Below are positions 25,908-35,429 of a DNA stretch of 64,000 bases, piece after piece. Each line of letters opens with the position of its first letter. Position 1 is the first letter of the stretch. The position numbers were made by a program, and so were the translations under genes. The notes under the pieces are model-generated. The model had not been told where the DNA came from. It saw only the letters and a list, made by a program, of their open reading frames with translations, and did not search any database. The stretch lies in contig DAIUDD010000002.1 in assembly GCA_036845805.1 (NCBI GenBank), positions 129,112-193,111 of the forward strand, read 5' to 3'. The stretch comes from Patescibacteria group bacterium (lineage in GTDB: Bacteria > Patescibacteriota > Patescibacteriia > UBA2196).

Positions 25908-26252
25908 TTAAAACTTTTTTTCGTTTAATCTTTTTTTGTAGGTGCGCAAATAATATAATTTAGCCCGGCGCACAGCAGCTTGTTTAACTGGCACAATTTT
26001 TTCAATTAAAGGCGAATAAAGAGGGTAAATTTTTTCCACACCGATACCATCAGAAATTTTACGCACCGTGAAAGTGGCTGAAGGAGTGTTTGGTTTTTTA
26101 ACAGCAATAATAATCCCTTCAAAAACCTGGGCGCGAGTTCTTTCTTTGCCTTTAGCATCAATGTCTTTGATTAATTCATAAACTTTCACGGTTAAACCGG
26201 GTTTAACCAATGCGGCTAATTTTTCTTTTTTATTGTCTGTCTGATCGCTCAT
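25908..26252 (-). CDS. rplS: 50S ribosomal protein L19
   Basis: 114 aa; 'VKPGLTVKVYELIKD...RAQVFEGIIIAVKK...TFTVRKISDGIGVEKIYPLYSPLIEKI' is the L19 signature. Confidence 0.9.
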   Translation of the reverse strand: MSDQTDNKKEKLAALVKPGLTVKVYELIKDIDAKGKERTRAQVFEGIIIAVKKPNTPSATFTVRKISDGIGVEKIYPLYSPLIEKIVPVKQAAVRRAKLYYLRTYKKRLNEKKF

Positions 26253-26329
26253 ATTTTTGATTAATTAATGTGGTTATGACTATTTTATCAAGTATTTAAA
26301 ATCTAGTCAAGTTACTGCGCGGTTGATAA

Positions 26330-27286
26330 TTAAACAGCTGCGGCGGCTAAAAATTTTTTAAATTTTATTGGTTGAGATAATTTAAACTCCTGCCAATCAT
26401 GATTTAAATCATAAAAACCAAGTTTGGCCGCATAAAGAAAAATAAAATCAGGTGCTGATTTTTTATTTTGATGACGAAGGTCTTTGGTTTGATAGAGTTT
26501 ATCGCCGACAATGGAATGGCCAATACTTTTTAAGTGCACGCGAATTTGATGAGTCCGGCCAGTAAGAAGTACTATTTTTAATAAAGTATAAGATTTAAAT
26601 CTTTTAACAACTTCAAATTCCGTAATGGCTTCCTTGCCGTTCTCTACTTCACCAAAATGGGCGGTCATAAGCCCAGTCCTAGCCGACCGACTAATAACGC
26701 GCTCAATCCGACCGGAATCTAAATTAACGGAGCCGTATACCAAAGCCAAATACTCTTTTTTAATCTGACGAGTTTTAAATTGCTCTTTTAAAGAATTAAA
26801 CATTTTTTGCGTTTTGGCAATAACCATCAAACCAGAAACATCTCGATCAAGGCGATGCACAATACCCGGGCGAATTTTACCATCTTTATTTTCCCGATCA
26901 TAAACTTTCTTAATAGCTGGATATTTTCTAATAAGCCAGTCGACTAGCGTATTATTTTCTTGGGCAGCAGTAGGATGAACCAAAATTCCAGCTGGTTTAT
27001 TAATAACTAAGTAATCATTGTTTTCGGCTATAATTTTGATGTTTATCTTTTTATCATTGGTCTTATTGCTCTCTAATTTCTTTATTTCTAATTTCTTTAT
27101 TTCTATGATGTCTTTTTCTTTTAAAAAATAATGCGGTGTAACTTTTTTTTGATTAACAAAAACAAAACCGGCTTTAACCAATTCTTGAAGCTTGCTTCGG
27201 GATAAAGCCGGAAATTTTTGTGATAAAAATTTATCCAAGCGTTCGTTAACTTGGAAATCAGTAACAATAAATTTTTGGCCAGCCAT
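26330..27286 (-). CDS. RluA-family 23S rRNA pseudouridine synthase (RluD-like) with S4 domain
   Basis: N-terminal S4-like 'ERLDKFLSQKF', catalytic 'HRLDRDVSGLMVIAKT', 'GRTHQIRVHL'. Confidence 0.85.
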   Translation of the reverse strand: MAGQKFIVTDFQVNERLDKFLSQKFPALSRSKLQELVKAGFVFVNQKKVTPHYFLKEKDIIEIKKLEIKKLESNKTNDKKINIKIIAENNDYLVINKPAGILVHPTAAQENNTLVDWLIRKYPAIKKVYDRENKDGKIRPGIVHRLDRDVSGLMVIAKTQKMFNSLKEQFKTRQIKKEYLALVYGSVNLDSGRIERVISRSARTGLMTAHFGEVENGKEAITEFEVVKRFKSYTLLKIVLLTGRTHQIRVHLKSIGHSIVGDKLYQTKDLRHQNKKSAPDFIFLYAAKLGFYDLNHDWQEFKLSQPIKFKKFLAAAAV

Positions 27287-27290
27287 AAAA

Positions 27291-27569
27291 TTATTTTTTC
27301 AAAGCATCCTTCAGGGTCTTGCCAGCCTTAAATTTAGGCACGGTAACTGAAGGCACCTGAATCCGTTCACTGGGATTTCTGGGATTAACACCAGCTCGAG
27401 CAGAACGAAATTTGGCCGAAAAAGTACCAAAGCCAGTTAAAGTTACTTCTTTGCCGGCTTTTAAATTTTCAATCACCACGTCTTCTAAGGCCTGTAAAAC
27501 TTTTTCTACTGTTATTTTCTCCTGGCTGGTTTTATCCGCAATGGTTTGAATTAATTCGGGTTTATTCAT
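27291..27569 (-). CDS. hup: DNA-binding protein HU
   Basis: 92 aa 'MNKPELIQTIADKT...GFGTFSAKFRSARAGVNPRNPSERIQVPSVTVPKFKAGKTLKDAL', the HU/IHF fold signature. Confidence 0.85.
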   Translation of the reverse strand: MNKPELIQTIADKTSQEKITVEKVLQALEDVVIENLKAGKEVTLTGFGTFSAKFRSARAGVNPRNPSERIQVPSVTVPKFKAGKTLKDALKK

Positions 27570-27585
27570 AGGGTTAAATATTAAA

Positions 27586-28395
27586 TTAATTAATATGAAC
27601 TAACTTTTCAATTCTTTTTAGAGACAAACATTTGGCGGTTTTATCATCGATAGCTACTACTACGGCATTAATGACTGCCTGGCCATTTTCTGGAAATTCG
27701 TGGGCCATGCCAGTTTGCGTTAAAAATTTATCGATAATAATTTCTTTTTTCACGCCAATAACTGTATTGACACCACCGACCATACCTACATCAGTTAAAT
27801 AACCGGTCCCGCCCGGTAATATTTTTTCATCGGCAGTCGGAACGTGGGTGTGGGTCCCCAATACAACAGAAACACGGCCATCAGCATACCAGCCAAAAGC
27901 AACCTTTTCCGAAGTAGCCTCGGCATGTAAATCTATTAAGATAATATCACTTTTCTTGGGTTTAATCAATTTCAATAAATAGTCCAATTTACGAAAAGGA
28001 CAGTCAGCACTTTCAGAAAAAAATACCCGGCCCAGTAAATTAATGATGTAAATTTTTTTTAAACCGTTTTTGGTTTTAAAATTAAGCGCCAAATATTCTT
28101 TACCCGGCACAGTGGGCGGATAATTGGCTGGCCGTAAAAGATTAAATTCCTGGCTCTTTAAAAGTTCGCCGTATTCACCTTTTTTAGTCACGTGATTGCC
28201 GGAAGTAAAAACATTAATGCCTAAAGTTTTAATCTCATTTAAGGTTTTAGCGGTTACCCCTTGACCGTGAGCCAAATTTTCCACATTAGCCATAATTAAA
28301 TCTGGCTGATATTTTTTTTTCAATTCAGGCAATGCCTTGGCCAAAGCCCGGCGACCAAGTTTGCCAACAACGTCACCAAAAAATAAAATGGTCAT
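27586..28395 (-). CDS. ymdB: YmdB-like metallophosphoesterase (TIGR00282; 2',3'-cyclic-nucleotide phosphodiesterase)
   Basis: 'MTILFFGDVVGKLGR', 'VENLAHGQG', 'GNHVT' and 'IDLHAEATSEK' motifs; conserved rny-ymdB pairing. Confidence 0.8.
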   Translation of the reverse strand: MTILFFGDVVGKLGRRALAKALPELKKKYQPDLIMANVENLAHGQGVTAKTLNEIKTLGINVFTSGNHVTKKGEYGELLKSQEFNLLRPANYPPTVPGKEYLALNFKTKNGLKKIYIINLLGRVFFSESADCPFRKLDYLLKLIKPKKSDIILIDLHAEATSEKVAFGWYADGRVSVVLGTHTHVPTADEKILPGGTGYLTDVGMVGGVNTVIGVKKEIIIDKFLTQTGMAHEFPENGQAVINAVVVAIDDKTAKCLSLKRIEKLVHIN

Positions 28396-28397
28396 AA

Positions 28398-29927
28398 TTA
28401 TCTCGCGTATTCAATAATCCGAGTTTCACGAATCACATTAACTTTAATTTCACCCGGATATTTTAATTCTTGTTCAATTTTATTAGCAATTTCACGCGCT
28501 AATTTTTTAGCTGACCAATCATCGATTTTCTCTGGCTCAACAAAAACACGAATCTCACGGCCAGCTTGAATAGCATAAACCTTGTCTACGCCAGCAAAAG
28601 ATTTAGCTGTATCTTCTAATTCAGACAAGCGTTGAATATAGTTTTCATAACTGTCTTTTCTGGCGCCCAAACGGGCACCGGAAATAGCATCGGCCACTTT
28701 GGAAATGGCCCCTAAAAGAGATTCGGGTCGATCCTCATGATGTTCGATAGAGACTCGGGCAATTTCCTCTGGTAGACCATATTTTTTTAAAATTTTATAA
28801 CCAATTTCTGGGTGGGTGCCTTCAATTTCATGATCTACGGCCTTACCAATATCGTGAAGCAAGCCAGCTTTTTTGGCCAAAGCCGGGCTAGCACCCAATT
28901 CCTCAGCCAAAAGTGCGGAAAGTTGCGCCACCTCGATCGAATGTTGCAAAACATTTTGGCCATATGAAGTGCGATATTTAAGCCGGCCTAAAATTTGAAT
29001 TAATTTTGGATCAAGTCCGGCCACCCCAACCTCATAACACGCATCTTCGCCAGCCTTTTTAATTTCCAAAGCTAGTTCTTTCTTAACTTGATCGACGGTC
29101 TCTTCAATCCGACCAGGATGAATGCGCCCGTCTAAAATCAATTTTTCCAAAGACATCTTAGCCACTTGGCGCCGAAGTGGAGAAAAAGCGGAAACCAAAA
29201 TGGCACCCGGAGTGTCATCGACGACAATTTCCACACCCAATAAATTTTCCAAGGTTTTAATGTTTCTACCTTCGCGACCAATAATCCGACCCTTCATTTC
29301 ATCGGAGGGTAAATTAACAACCGAGCTAGTGGTTTCAGCGGTATGAGCCGAGGCGCAACGTTCAATAGCTAAAGTTAATAATTCTTTGGCTTTGTGTTCC
29401 AATTCTTCTTGAGTTTGATTTTCAATTTTTCTGACGCGCGAAAACAATTCATCCTTGACGCCTTGCTCTACATTCTCAATCAAAACTCTCTGCGCTTCGC
29501 TTTTGGTCATTTCAGCAACTTTTTGCAATTTTTCTAATTGCTGGGTCTTAATTTGTTCGATCTCTTGTTTGATTTTTTCCACCTTTTCCGCCTTGTCTAA
29601 TAATTGCTGTTTTTTGTCTTCAAACTCCAAAAGTTTTTGATCAAACATCGATTCTCTCTTTTCTAGTCGGCGTTGTAGTTCATTAATTTCTTTGCGCCGT
29701 TCCTGTTCTTCACCCTTAGCTTCATCTATAATCTTAAGAGCCTTATCTTTGGCATCCATCAAAACATCGCGATATTTAACCTTGGCTTCTTCAATTATTT
29801 TTTCGGCTCGAGCTTCGGCTGATTCAGCATAACGACGCGCCAGAGCCCGACGGACCAAGTAGCCAATACTCAATCCTAAAAGCAAGCCGATTAATAAATA
29901 AAATAACATAAAAACTCCTAATTTCAT
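28398..29927 (-). CDS. rny: Ribonuclease Y
   Basis: N-terminal TM, coiled-coil, KH domain ('GRIIGREGRNI') and HD domain ('LLHDIGKAVDHE'); 509 aa. Confidence 0.9.
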   Translation of the reverse strand: MKLGVFMLFYLLIGLLLGLSIGYLVRRALARRYAESAEARAEKIIEEAKVKYRDVLMDAKDKALKIIDEAKGEEQERRKEINELQRRLEKRESMFDQKLLEFEDKKQQLLDKAEKVEKIKQEIEQIKTQQLEKLQKVAEMTKSEAQRVLIENVEQGVKDELFSRVRKIENQTQEELEHKAKELLTLAIERCASAHTAETTSSVVNLPSDEMKGRIIGREGRNIKTLENLLGVEIVVDDTPGAILVSAFSPLRRQVAKMSLEKLILDGRIHPGRIEETVDQVKKELALEIKKAGEDACYEVGVAGLDPKLIQILGRLKYRTSYGQNVLQHSIEVAQLSALLAEELGASPALAKKAGLLHDIGKAVDHEIEGTHPEIGYKILKKYGLPEEIARVSIEHHEDRPESLLGAISKVADAISGARLGARKDSYENYIQRLSELEDTAKSFAGVDKVYAIQAGREIRVFVEPEKIDDWSAKKLAREIANKIEQELKYPGEIKVNVIRETRIIEYAR

Positions 29928-30417
29928 TTTGGAATATAGAAAAAAGGAGTTTGATAATAAAGCTATTTATCTTTTAAAATAAAGCTAAAAATCAAATAAC
30001 AAAAATTTCCTTAAAATAATTTAAAAAAGGAGGCTGATGTATTAATTAATGAAAAAATTAGTAGTTCCATTTTAAATTAAAATATTGAAATTTTTTACTA
30101 AAATTAGCCAATAATTCCTTTATTTTGACAAAATTTTCTGTATTCCAAAATATGATAGTTAATAAATTTTCATGGTTATTATAACACCAAAAAAATAATT
30201 TGGCAAGACGGCCAAATTACTTAATTTCCAAACCAACAAAGGCCCATTTAGCTAATTCCCAAAAAAACAAGAATAGAATAATAAAAAAAGCAAAGCGTGA
30301 GGCCATGTTTCTTAGGCCGGGAAAAATAAGCAAAAATAAACCAGCAACAACCATGGTTAAAAACAAAGAAATTAATTTAGTGTCTTCGGCTTTATCCATA
30401 TTTTTTATTTTATCATC

Positions 30418-32604
30418 TTATTTAATTATCGGCCAACGCTCAACCATTAAAAGGTCACTTTTTTTTACTGGCAAAGATTGATAAATGGTTTCGGTAATAA
30501 AAGGTATAAAAGGATGTAAAAGCTTTAAACTGGTAATTAAAACATAAAATAAAATTTCTTGCGCTGCTTTTTTACTTTTTTCGTCGGCACCGTTTAGGCG
30601 ATCCTTAACGGCTTCAATATAAACATCACAGAAATCATGCCAAAAAAATTGATAAGCATCTTGAGCCGCTTCATGAAACATATAATTATCTAGATTTCGC
30701 GTGACGCTTTTAGTAGCTTCATTTAAAGCTGCTAAAATTGTTTGATCAGCGGGGTCAGAAGCGACAGGAGTGGCAAGGGTGGAAGAAAAATCGTTGCCCA
30801 GGTTGTTTAAAACAAATTTACTGGCGTTCCAAATTTTATTGGCAAATCTTTTAAAACCGATAATTTTTTCTTCATAAAATTTGGAATCATTACCGGGTGT
30901 GACGCCAAAAATTAAAGACAAGCGCAGGGCGTCAGTGCCGTGTTTGTCACACACTTCTCTGGGATCAATGCCAATGCCAAGAGATTTAGAAAATTTTTGG
31001 CCACTCTTATTGCGGAGCATGCCATGAATATAGACTTCTTTAAAAGGAATTTCCTCCAAAGCATAAGTGGACATTAAAATCATCCGCGCCATCCAGAAAA
31101 ATAATATTTCATAACCCATCTGCATCCAACTGGTGGGGTGAAATTTTTTCAAATCCTCTGTTTTCTCCGGCCAGCCAAGCGTGGAAAATGTCCACAGCCC
31201 TGATGAAAACCAAGTGTCCAAAGTATCAGGATCTTGCTCCCAATCCCCACCTTTTGGTGGTTTGTCACCAACATAAATTTCTTGTTTATGATAGTAAACC
31301 GGAATCCGGTGTCCAAACCAAATCTGGCGGGAAATGCACCAGTCGCGCAGATTATCAATCCAGTTGAAATAACTTTTTTCAAACCGCTCGGGCGTGATTT
31401 TTATTTTTTGTTTTGGATCATTATTCAAGCCGGTGGTAAAAGCTTCTTTCATTAAATCTTTTAAACTTTTATTTTTGCCGGGAATTTTTTTATTAACACT
31501 CACAAACCACTGGAGCATGGGAATGGCTTCCACCACGTCGCCAAAACGGTCAGAAGTGCCGACATTTTGCGGAATGTCTTCTTCTTTGATAAATAAATTA
31601 TTTTCTTTAAGCCAGTCAATAAATTTTTCTCTGGCTGCCAAAACTTTTAAGCCCGCATAATTTTTGCCAGCGGCTTCAGTCATCCGGCCGAAATTATCAA
31701 TCACTGGAATTAATTCCAAGTTATGTTTTTCTTTTAATTCAAAATCAATTTGGCTATGGGCTGGCGTCACACCCAAAGCGCCGGTGCCATATTCAGGATC
31801 AACTATTTCATCGCCAATAATTTTGATGGCTAGGGGTTTGGCGGCGCCAACATCAACTTGAAAAGTTTGGCCAATATATTTTTTATAACGTTCGTCGTTT
31901 GGATTAACCGCAACCGCGGTGTCACCAAGCTTTGTTTCTGGCCTGGTGGTGGCAATCGTGATGGGAAAATCAGCACTATATTTAAAAGTATAAAGCTTGC
32001 CGGATTGTTCCTGATAAACCAATTCATCATCACTGCAAGTGGACTGGCCCTTGACTGACCAATTCACCACCCGGTAGCCGCGATAAATTAAGCCATCATT
32101 ATACATTTTAATGAACATTTCATTAACCGCCTTTTCTCGCTTATCATCAAAAGTATAAGCCAAGCGGCTCCAGTCGCAAGAGGTGCCCATTTTTTTAATT
32201 TGTTCCAAAATTGTTTTTTGTGATTTTTCCGCATAATCTTTAATCAGCGTCAATAGTTTTTCGCGGCCGAGTTCAGCCCGCGGATTTTTATATTGGCCAG
32301 ATTTAACCAATTCTTTTTCCACTTTGGCTTGGGTGGCGACCGCCGCATGATCAGTGCCGGGAATAATGACGGCCCGCTTGCCTTGCATTCTTTGATATCT
32401 GATTTCAATATCCATGAGCGCGTTTTCCAAAGCATGGCCCAAATGCAAAACACCGGTCACATTCACCGGCGGCATGGCCAGGGAAAAAACCGGCGCGTCT
32501 TTCTCGATTGGCAAATTATCAGGATTAAAATAACCAGATTTTTCCCAAAGCTGGTAAATTTTTTCTTCGTGCTCTTTTGAATTATATGGACCTGGAGGCA
32601 GCAT
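30418..32604 (-). CDS. valS: Valine--tRNA ligase (short form, 728 aa, no C-terminal coiled coil)
   Basis: Class I motifs 'PPVNVTGVLHLGHAL' (HIGH) and 'KFSKS' (KMSKS); overall ValRS-like N-terminus 'QLWEKSGYFNP'. Confidence 0.8.
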   Translation of the reverse strand: MLPPGPYNSKEHEEKIYQLWEKSGYFNPDNLPIEKDAPVFSLAMPPVNVTGVLHLGHALENALMDIEIRYQRMQGKRAVIIPGTDHAAVATQAKVEKELVKSGQYKNPRAELGREKLLTLIKDYAEKSQKTILEQIKKMGTSCDWSRLAYTFDDKREKAVNEMFIKMYNDGLIYRGYRVVNWSVKGQSTCSDDELVYQEQSGKLYTFKYSADFPITIATTRPETKLGDTAVAVNPNDERYKKYIGQTFQVDVGAAKPLAIKIIGDEIVDPEYGTGALGVTPAHSQIDFELKEKHNLELIPVIDNFGRMTEAAGKNYAGLKVLAAREKFIDWLKENNLFIKEEDIPQNVGTSDRFGDVVEAIPMLQWFVSVNKKIPGKNKSLKDLMKEAFTTGLNNDPKQKIKITPERFEKSYFNWIDNLRDWCISRQIWFGHRIPVYYHKQEIYVGDKPPKGGDWEQDPDTLDTWFSSGLWTFSTLGWPEKTEDLKKFHPTSWMQMGYEILFFWMARMILMSTYALEEIPFKEVYIHGMLRNKSGQKFSKSLGIGIDPREVCDKHGTDALRLSLIFGVTPGNDSKFYEEKIIGFKRFANKIWNASKFVLNNLGNDFSSTLATPVASDPADQTILAALNEATKSVTRNLDNYMFHEAAQDAYQFFWHDFCDVYIEAVKDRLNGADEKSKKAAQEILFYVLITSLKLLHPFIPFITETIYQSLPVKKSDLLMVERWPIIK

Positions 32605-32725
32605 AAATTTTTGTCATCCTTATATAAATAAGGATCCAATCATTAATCATATTTTACTTTTTTTTCTTGATTTAGTCAATTAAAAATCCAGCTGGCGCTG
32701 GAAGATTAAAAAATGTTTTTTAAAT

Positions 32726-33025
32726 TTAATGACTGGCTAATTTAATAATTTCTTCCACATTATCACTAGGTAATGATTTGACAGAAAATTTTTGGCCGCA
32801 TTTTTGGCATTGGTAATGAATAATATATTTTTGATTTTTTAAAGTCACGCCTTGGGGCGCCATTAAGCCGCCGCAGTTGGCTTGACGGTCACCCGGAAAA
32901 ACATCAACATGCTTAGACCATAAACAATTAGGGCAGTGGTCAGTATAACCAGTGCCAATAATTTTGGCGTCGCATAATTCACAAACAAAATTTTCTTTAG
33001 TGCGTTTAAATTTTAGATTAGCCAT
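32726..33025 (-). CDS. RNHCP-domain zinc-ribbon protein
   Basis: 99 aa with 'CELCDAK...TDHCPNCLWSKHVD...CGGLM...HYQCQKCGQKF', matching the RNHCP/zinc-ribbon pattern. Confidence 0.55.
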   Translation of the reverse strand: MANLKFKRTKENFVCELCDAKIIGTGYTDHCPNCLWSKHVDVFPGDRQANCGGLMAPQGVTLKNQKYIIHYQCQKCGQKFSVKSLPSDNVEEIIKLASH

Positions 33026-33123
33026 GTTGATTTTTATTATTATTCAGTTTTTACCAATTGTCAATTGGTTTTGATGGCACAATTTTTAAAAAAGTGTTAA
33101 AATTAAGAGGTTAATAATTACCT

Positions 33124-34074
33124 GTGTATATGAAAAAAAATATTACTTGGCTATTGTTGCTTTTATTTTTAATATTAATTCCATTAAAAAGTCAGGCTGC
33201 CGATATTGCCTTGTCTTGTTATGATACTGGCAATTGTAATTTGTGTAATGCTTTAGAATTGGGGCAAAAAATTATGCGGGCAATTTTAGGCCTAGCCGGT
33301 TCTTTGGCTTTATTATTTTTTGTCTTAGCTGGTTTTAAGATGATCTTAAGCCAAGGTAATGCCAGTAAATTTGGGGAAGCGCAAAAAATGATGACCACGG
33401 CCGTAGTAGGTATTTTTATTGTACTTTTAGCTTGGACAATTGTTAATTTTGTGATCTGGGCTTTGGTTTCTGGGCAAGGAACACCGGGCGCTGGACAAAT
33501 TTTTACTAAGCCTTGGCAAACCATAGAATGCAATGTGCCAGCCGGTGGAGGTGGAAGTGGTGGTGCTGACGGAAGTGGTGGGGGCGGTGGTTCGGGAACA
33601 CCAATTATTTATACTGGCTGCATATCCTCTTGGGAAGTCGGTACACCAAATCCATGCAATTCAACCCCTGGTAATTTCCCTTTCAAAATTACCAATAGTC
33701 AACAAAAACAAGATGCGTCGCCCAGTTTAATAAAATTTTTAAATAATTTGTATTCTAATCTGTTGAGTGGCGGCGTGCTATCTCCAGGAGAAATTACCAT
33801 TACTTCTGTTAGCGATAGCAATGGCATTGGTTATTGTCGCGATTCAAATCCATTTCCACAACCTTGCGAAGAGGATAGAGTGACAACCAATTGTTGTTGG
33901 CATACAAAAGGTTCTTGCCATTATCGAAAAGACGGTTCTCATGCAGTAGACATAAGACTCCTAGGTAGTGATACCAAAAAAACTGCCTTGGAGAACGCAG
34001 TAAATTTTTTAGGAGGTTATTTTAAAACGGAAGGCGATCATTATCATGTGAGTTATCAGTGTAGCGGATATTAA
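33124..34074 (+). CDS. TrbC/VirB2-like pilin-domain membrane protein with Gly-rich linker and C-terminal putative LAS-type (HxxD...HxH) Zn hydrolase domain
   Basis: Signal peptide; N-terminal two-helix pilin-like module 'LGQKIMRAILGLAGSLALLFFVLAGFKMILSQGNASKFGEAQKMMTTAVVGIFIVLLAWTIVNFV', paralogous to the C-terminus of the 53774-54397 protein. 'GGGGSGGADGSGGGGGSG' linker; C-terminal 'GSHAVDIRL...GDHYHVSY'. Confidence 0.55.
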   Translation: MYMKKNITWLLLLLFLILIPLKSQAADIALSCYDTGNCNLCNALELGQKIMRAILGLAGSLALLFFVLAGFKMILSQGNASKFGEAQKMMTTAVVGIFIVLLAWTIVNFVIWALVSGQGTPGAGQIFTKPWQTIECNVPAGGGGSGGADGSGGGGGSGTPIIYTGCISSWEVGTPNPCNSTPGNFPFKITNSQQKQDASPSLIKFLNNLYSNLLSGGVLSPGEITITSVSDSNGIGYCRDSNPFPQPCEEDRVTTNCCWHTKGSCHYRKDGSHAVDIRLLGSDTKKTALENAVNFLGGYFKTEGDHYHVSYQCSGY

Positions 34075-34097
34075 TAAAAAAATAAAAAAATATTTAT

Positions 34098-35132
34098 ATG
34101 ACCCTTAAAGAAATTTTTCAAGAAGCAGTAAAAAATAAAGCTTCCGATGTACATATTATTGTGGGTAAACCGCCAATTTTTCGCATTAATGGCGAATTAA
34201 AAGCGATAAAAAATGCGCCAGATGTTAATGAAAAAAAAGCAGAAGAATTAATTTTTGGATTATTAAATCCCCAGCAAAAGGAAAGGTTTTTAAAAGAAAA
34301 AGAATTAGATATTTCTGCACAACTACCCGATAATAATCGCTTAAGAGTAAATTGCCACTTGGAGAAGGGTAATATTGGCCTGGTGGCGCGCCTTATCCCG
34401 GCTGTACTACCAACCATGGAAGAAATTTTAATGCCGCCAATTGCCTATGATTTAGCCAGGCGCAAACAAGGCTTGGTTTTATTAACTGGGCCAACTGGCT
34501 GCGGCAAATCAACCTCACTCGCGGCCATGATTAACTTAATTAATAATGAACGTTCAGTGCATATTGTCACTTTAGAAGACCCAATTGAATTTATTTTCCA
34601 CCCAGTTAAATCAATTATTAAACAAAGACAAATTGGAACAGACACTGTTTCTTTCGCTGAAGGTTTAAAACATGTTGTACGGCAAGATCCAAATGTGATT
34701 ATGGTCGGTGAAATGCGCGACTTAGAAACTATTAGTACCACTTTGACTTTGGCCGAAACCGGACATTTGGTTTTAGCGACCCTACACACCAACAGTTCTT
34801 CGCAAGCAATTGACCGGATTATTGATGTTTTCCCGCCATACCAACAAGTACAAATTCGGCTACAACTATCTTTAGTCTTAAACGGCATCATTGCCCAACA
34901 ATTATTGCCAAAAACAGATGGCGGGCGTATTGCGGCACGAGAAATATTAATTAATACGGCCGCAGTGGCTAATTTAATCAGAGATCAAAAAACTGCTCAA
35001 ATCAGAAGTATTTTACAAACTTCTTCCAGCCAAGGCATGTTTACTATGGATCAGGATCTAGAAAAATTAATTGATCAAAATCTGGTAACGAAAGAAATGG
35101 CTAGTATGTATATGCTTGACGGAAAAAGCTAA
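34098..35132 (+). CDS. pilT: Type IV pilus retraction ATPase PilT
   Basis: 344 aa; Walker A 'GPTGCGKST'; Asp box, Walker B 'VIMVGEMRD'; His box 'GHLVLATLHTNS'; N-terminus 'ASDVHI' typical of PilT. Confidence 0.85.
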   Translation: MTLKEIFQEAVKNKASDVHIIVGKPPIFRINGELKAIKNAPDVNEKKAEELIFGLLNPQQKERFLKEKELDISAQLPDNNRLRVNCHLEKGNIGLVARLIPAVLPTMEEILMPPIAYDLARRKQGLVLLTGPTGCGKSTSLAAMINLINNERSVHIVTLEDPIEFIFHPVKSIIKQRQIGTDTVSFAEGLKHVVRQDPNVIMVGEMRDLETISTTLTLAETGHLVLATLHTNSSSQAIDRIIDVFPPYQQVQIRLQLSLVLNGIIAQQLLPKTDGGRIAAREILINTAAVANLIRDQKTAQIRSILQTSSSQGMFTMDQDLEKLIDQNLVTKEMASMYMLDGKS

Positions 35133-35200
35133 GCGGTATAAATTTAAACAAGAATAAAACGGGCCCGAGCCTCTTGCCCGGTCCGTTTTTAAAAATTTTA

Positions 35201-35272
35201 GCCCCTGTGGTGAAATGGATATCACGTTTGGCTTCGGACCAAAAATTTTGGGTTCAAATCCTGACAGGGGCA
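35201..35272 (+). tRNA. tRNA-Arg (TCG)
   Basis: GCCCCTG-TG-GTGA..TCAC-G-TTTGG-CTTCGGA-CCAAA-..-TTCAAAT-..-CAGGGGC-A. T-stem weak, so could be marginal. Confidence 0.6.
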
Positions 35273-35299
35273 AAATATTCATAATTTGATAATTTTTTT

Positions 35300-35372
35300 G
35301 CCCCGTTAGCTCAGTTGGTAGAGCAGACGCCTCTTAAGCGTATGGTCGCAGGTTCGAATCCTGCACGGGGCA
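35300..35372 (+). tRNA. tRNA-Lys (CTT)
   Basis: GCCCCGT-TA-GCTC..GAGC-A-GACGC-CTCTTAA-GCGTA-..-GCAGG-TTCGAAT-CCTGC-ACGGGGC-A; followed by terminator hairpin AACAGAAA..TTTCTGTT+T-run (35374-35410). Confidence 0.8.
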
Positions 35373-35429
35373 AATAAAAAAACAGAAATTTTATTTTCTG
35401 TTTTTTTGATTATTTCAATTAAATATTTT

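Noticed and set aside
29122-29640. Plus-strand ORFs inside rny and 31149-32580 ORFs inside valS
   Set aside because: Embedded antisense or alternative-frame ORFs within well-supported long genes.
30217-30399. 60-aa minus-strand membrane ORF just downstream of valS (and overlapping 93-aa plus ORF)
   Set aside because: No SD, sits in an AT-rich terminator/promoter region; either could be spurious. Not reported as a feature.
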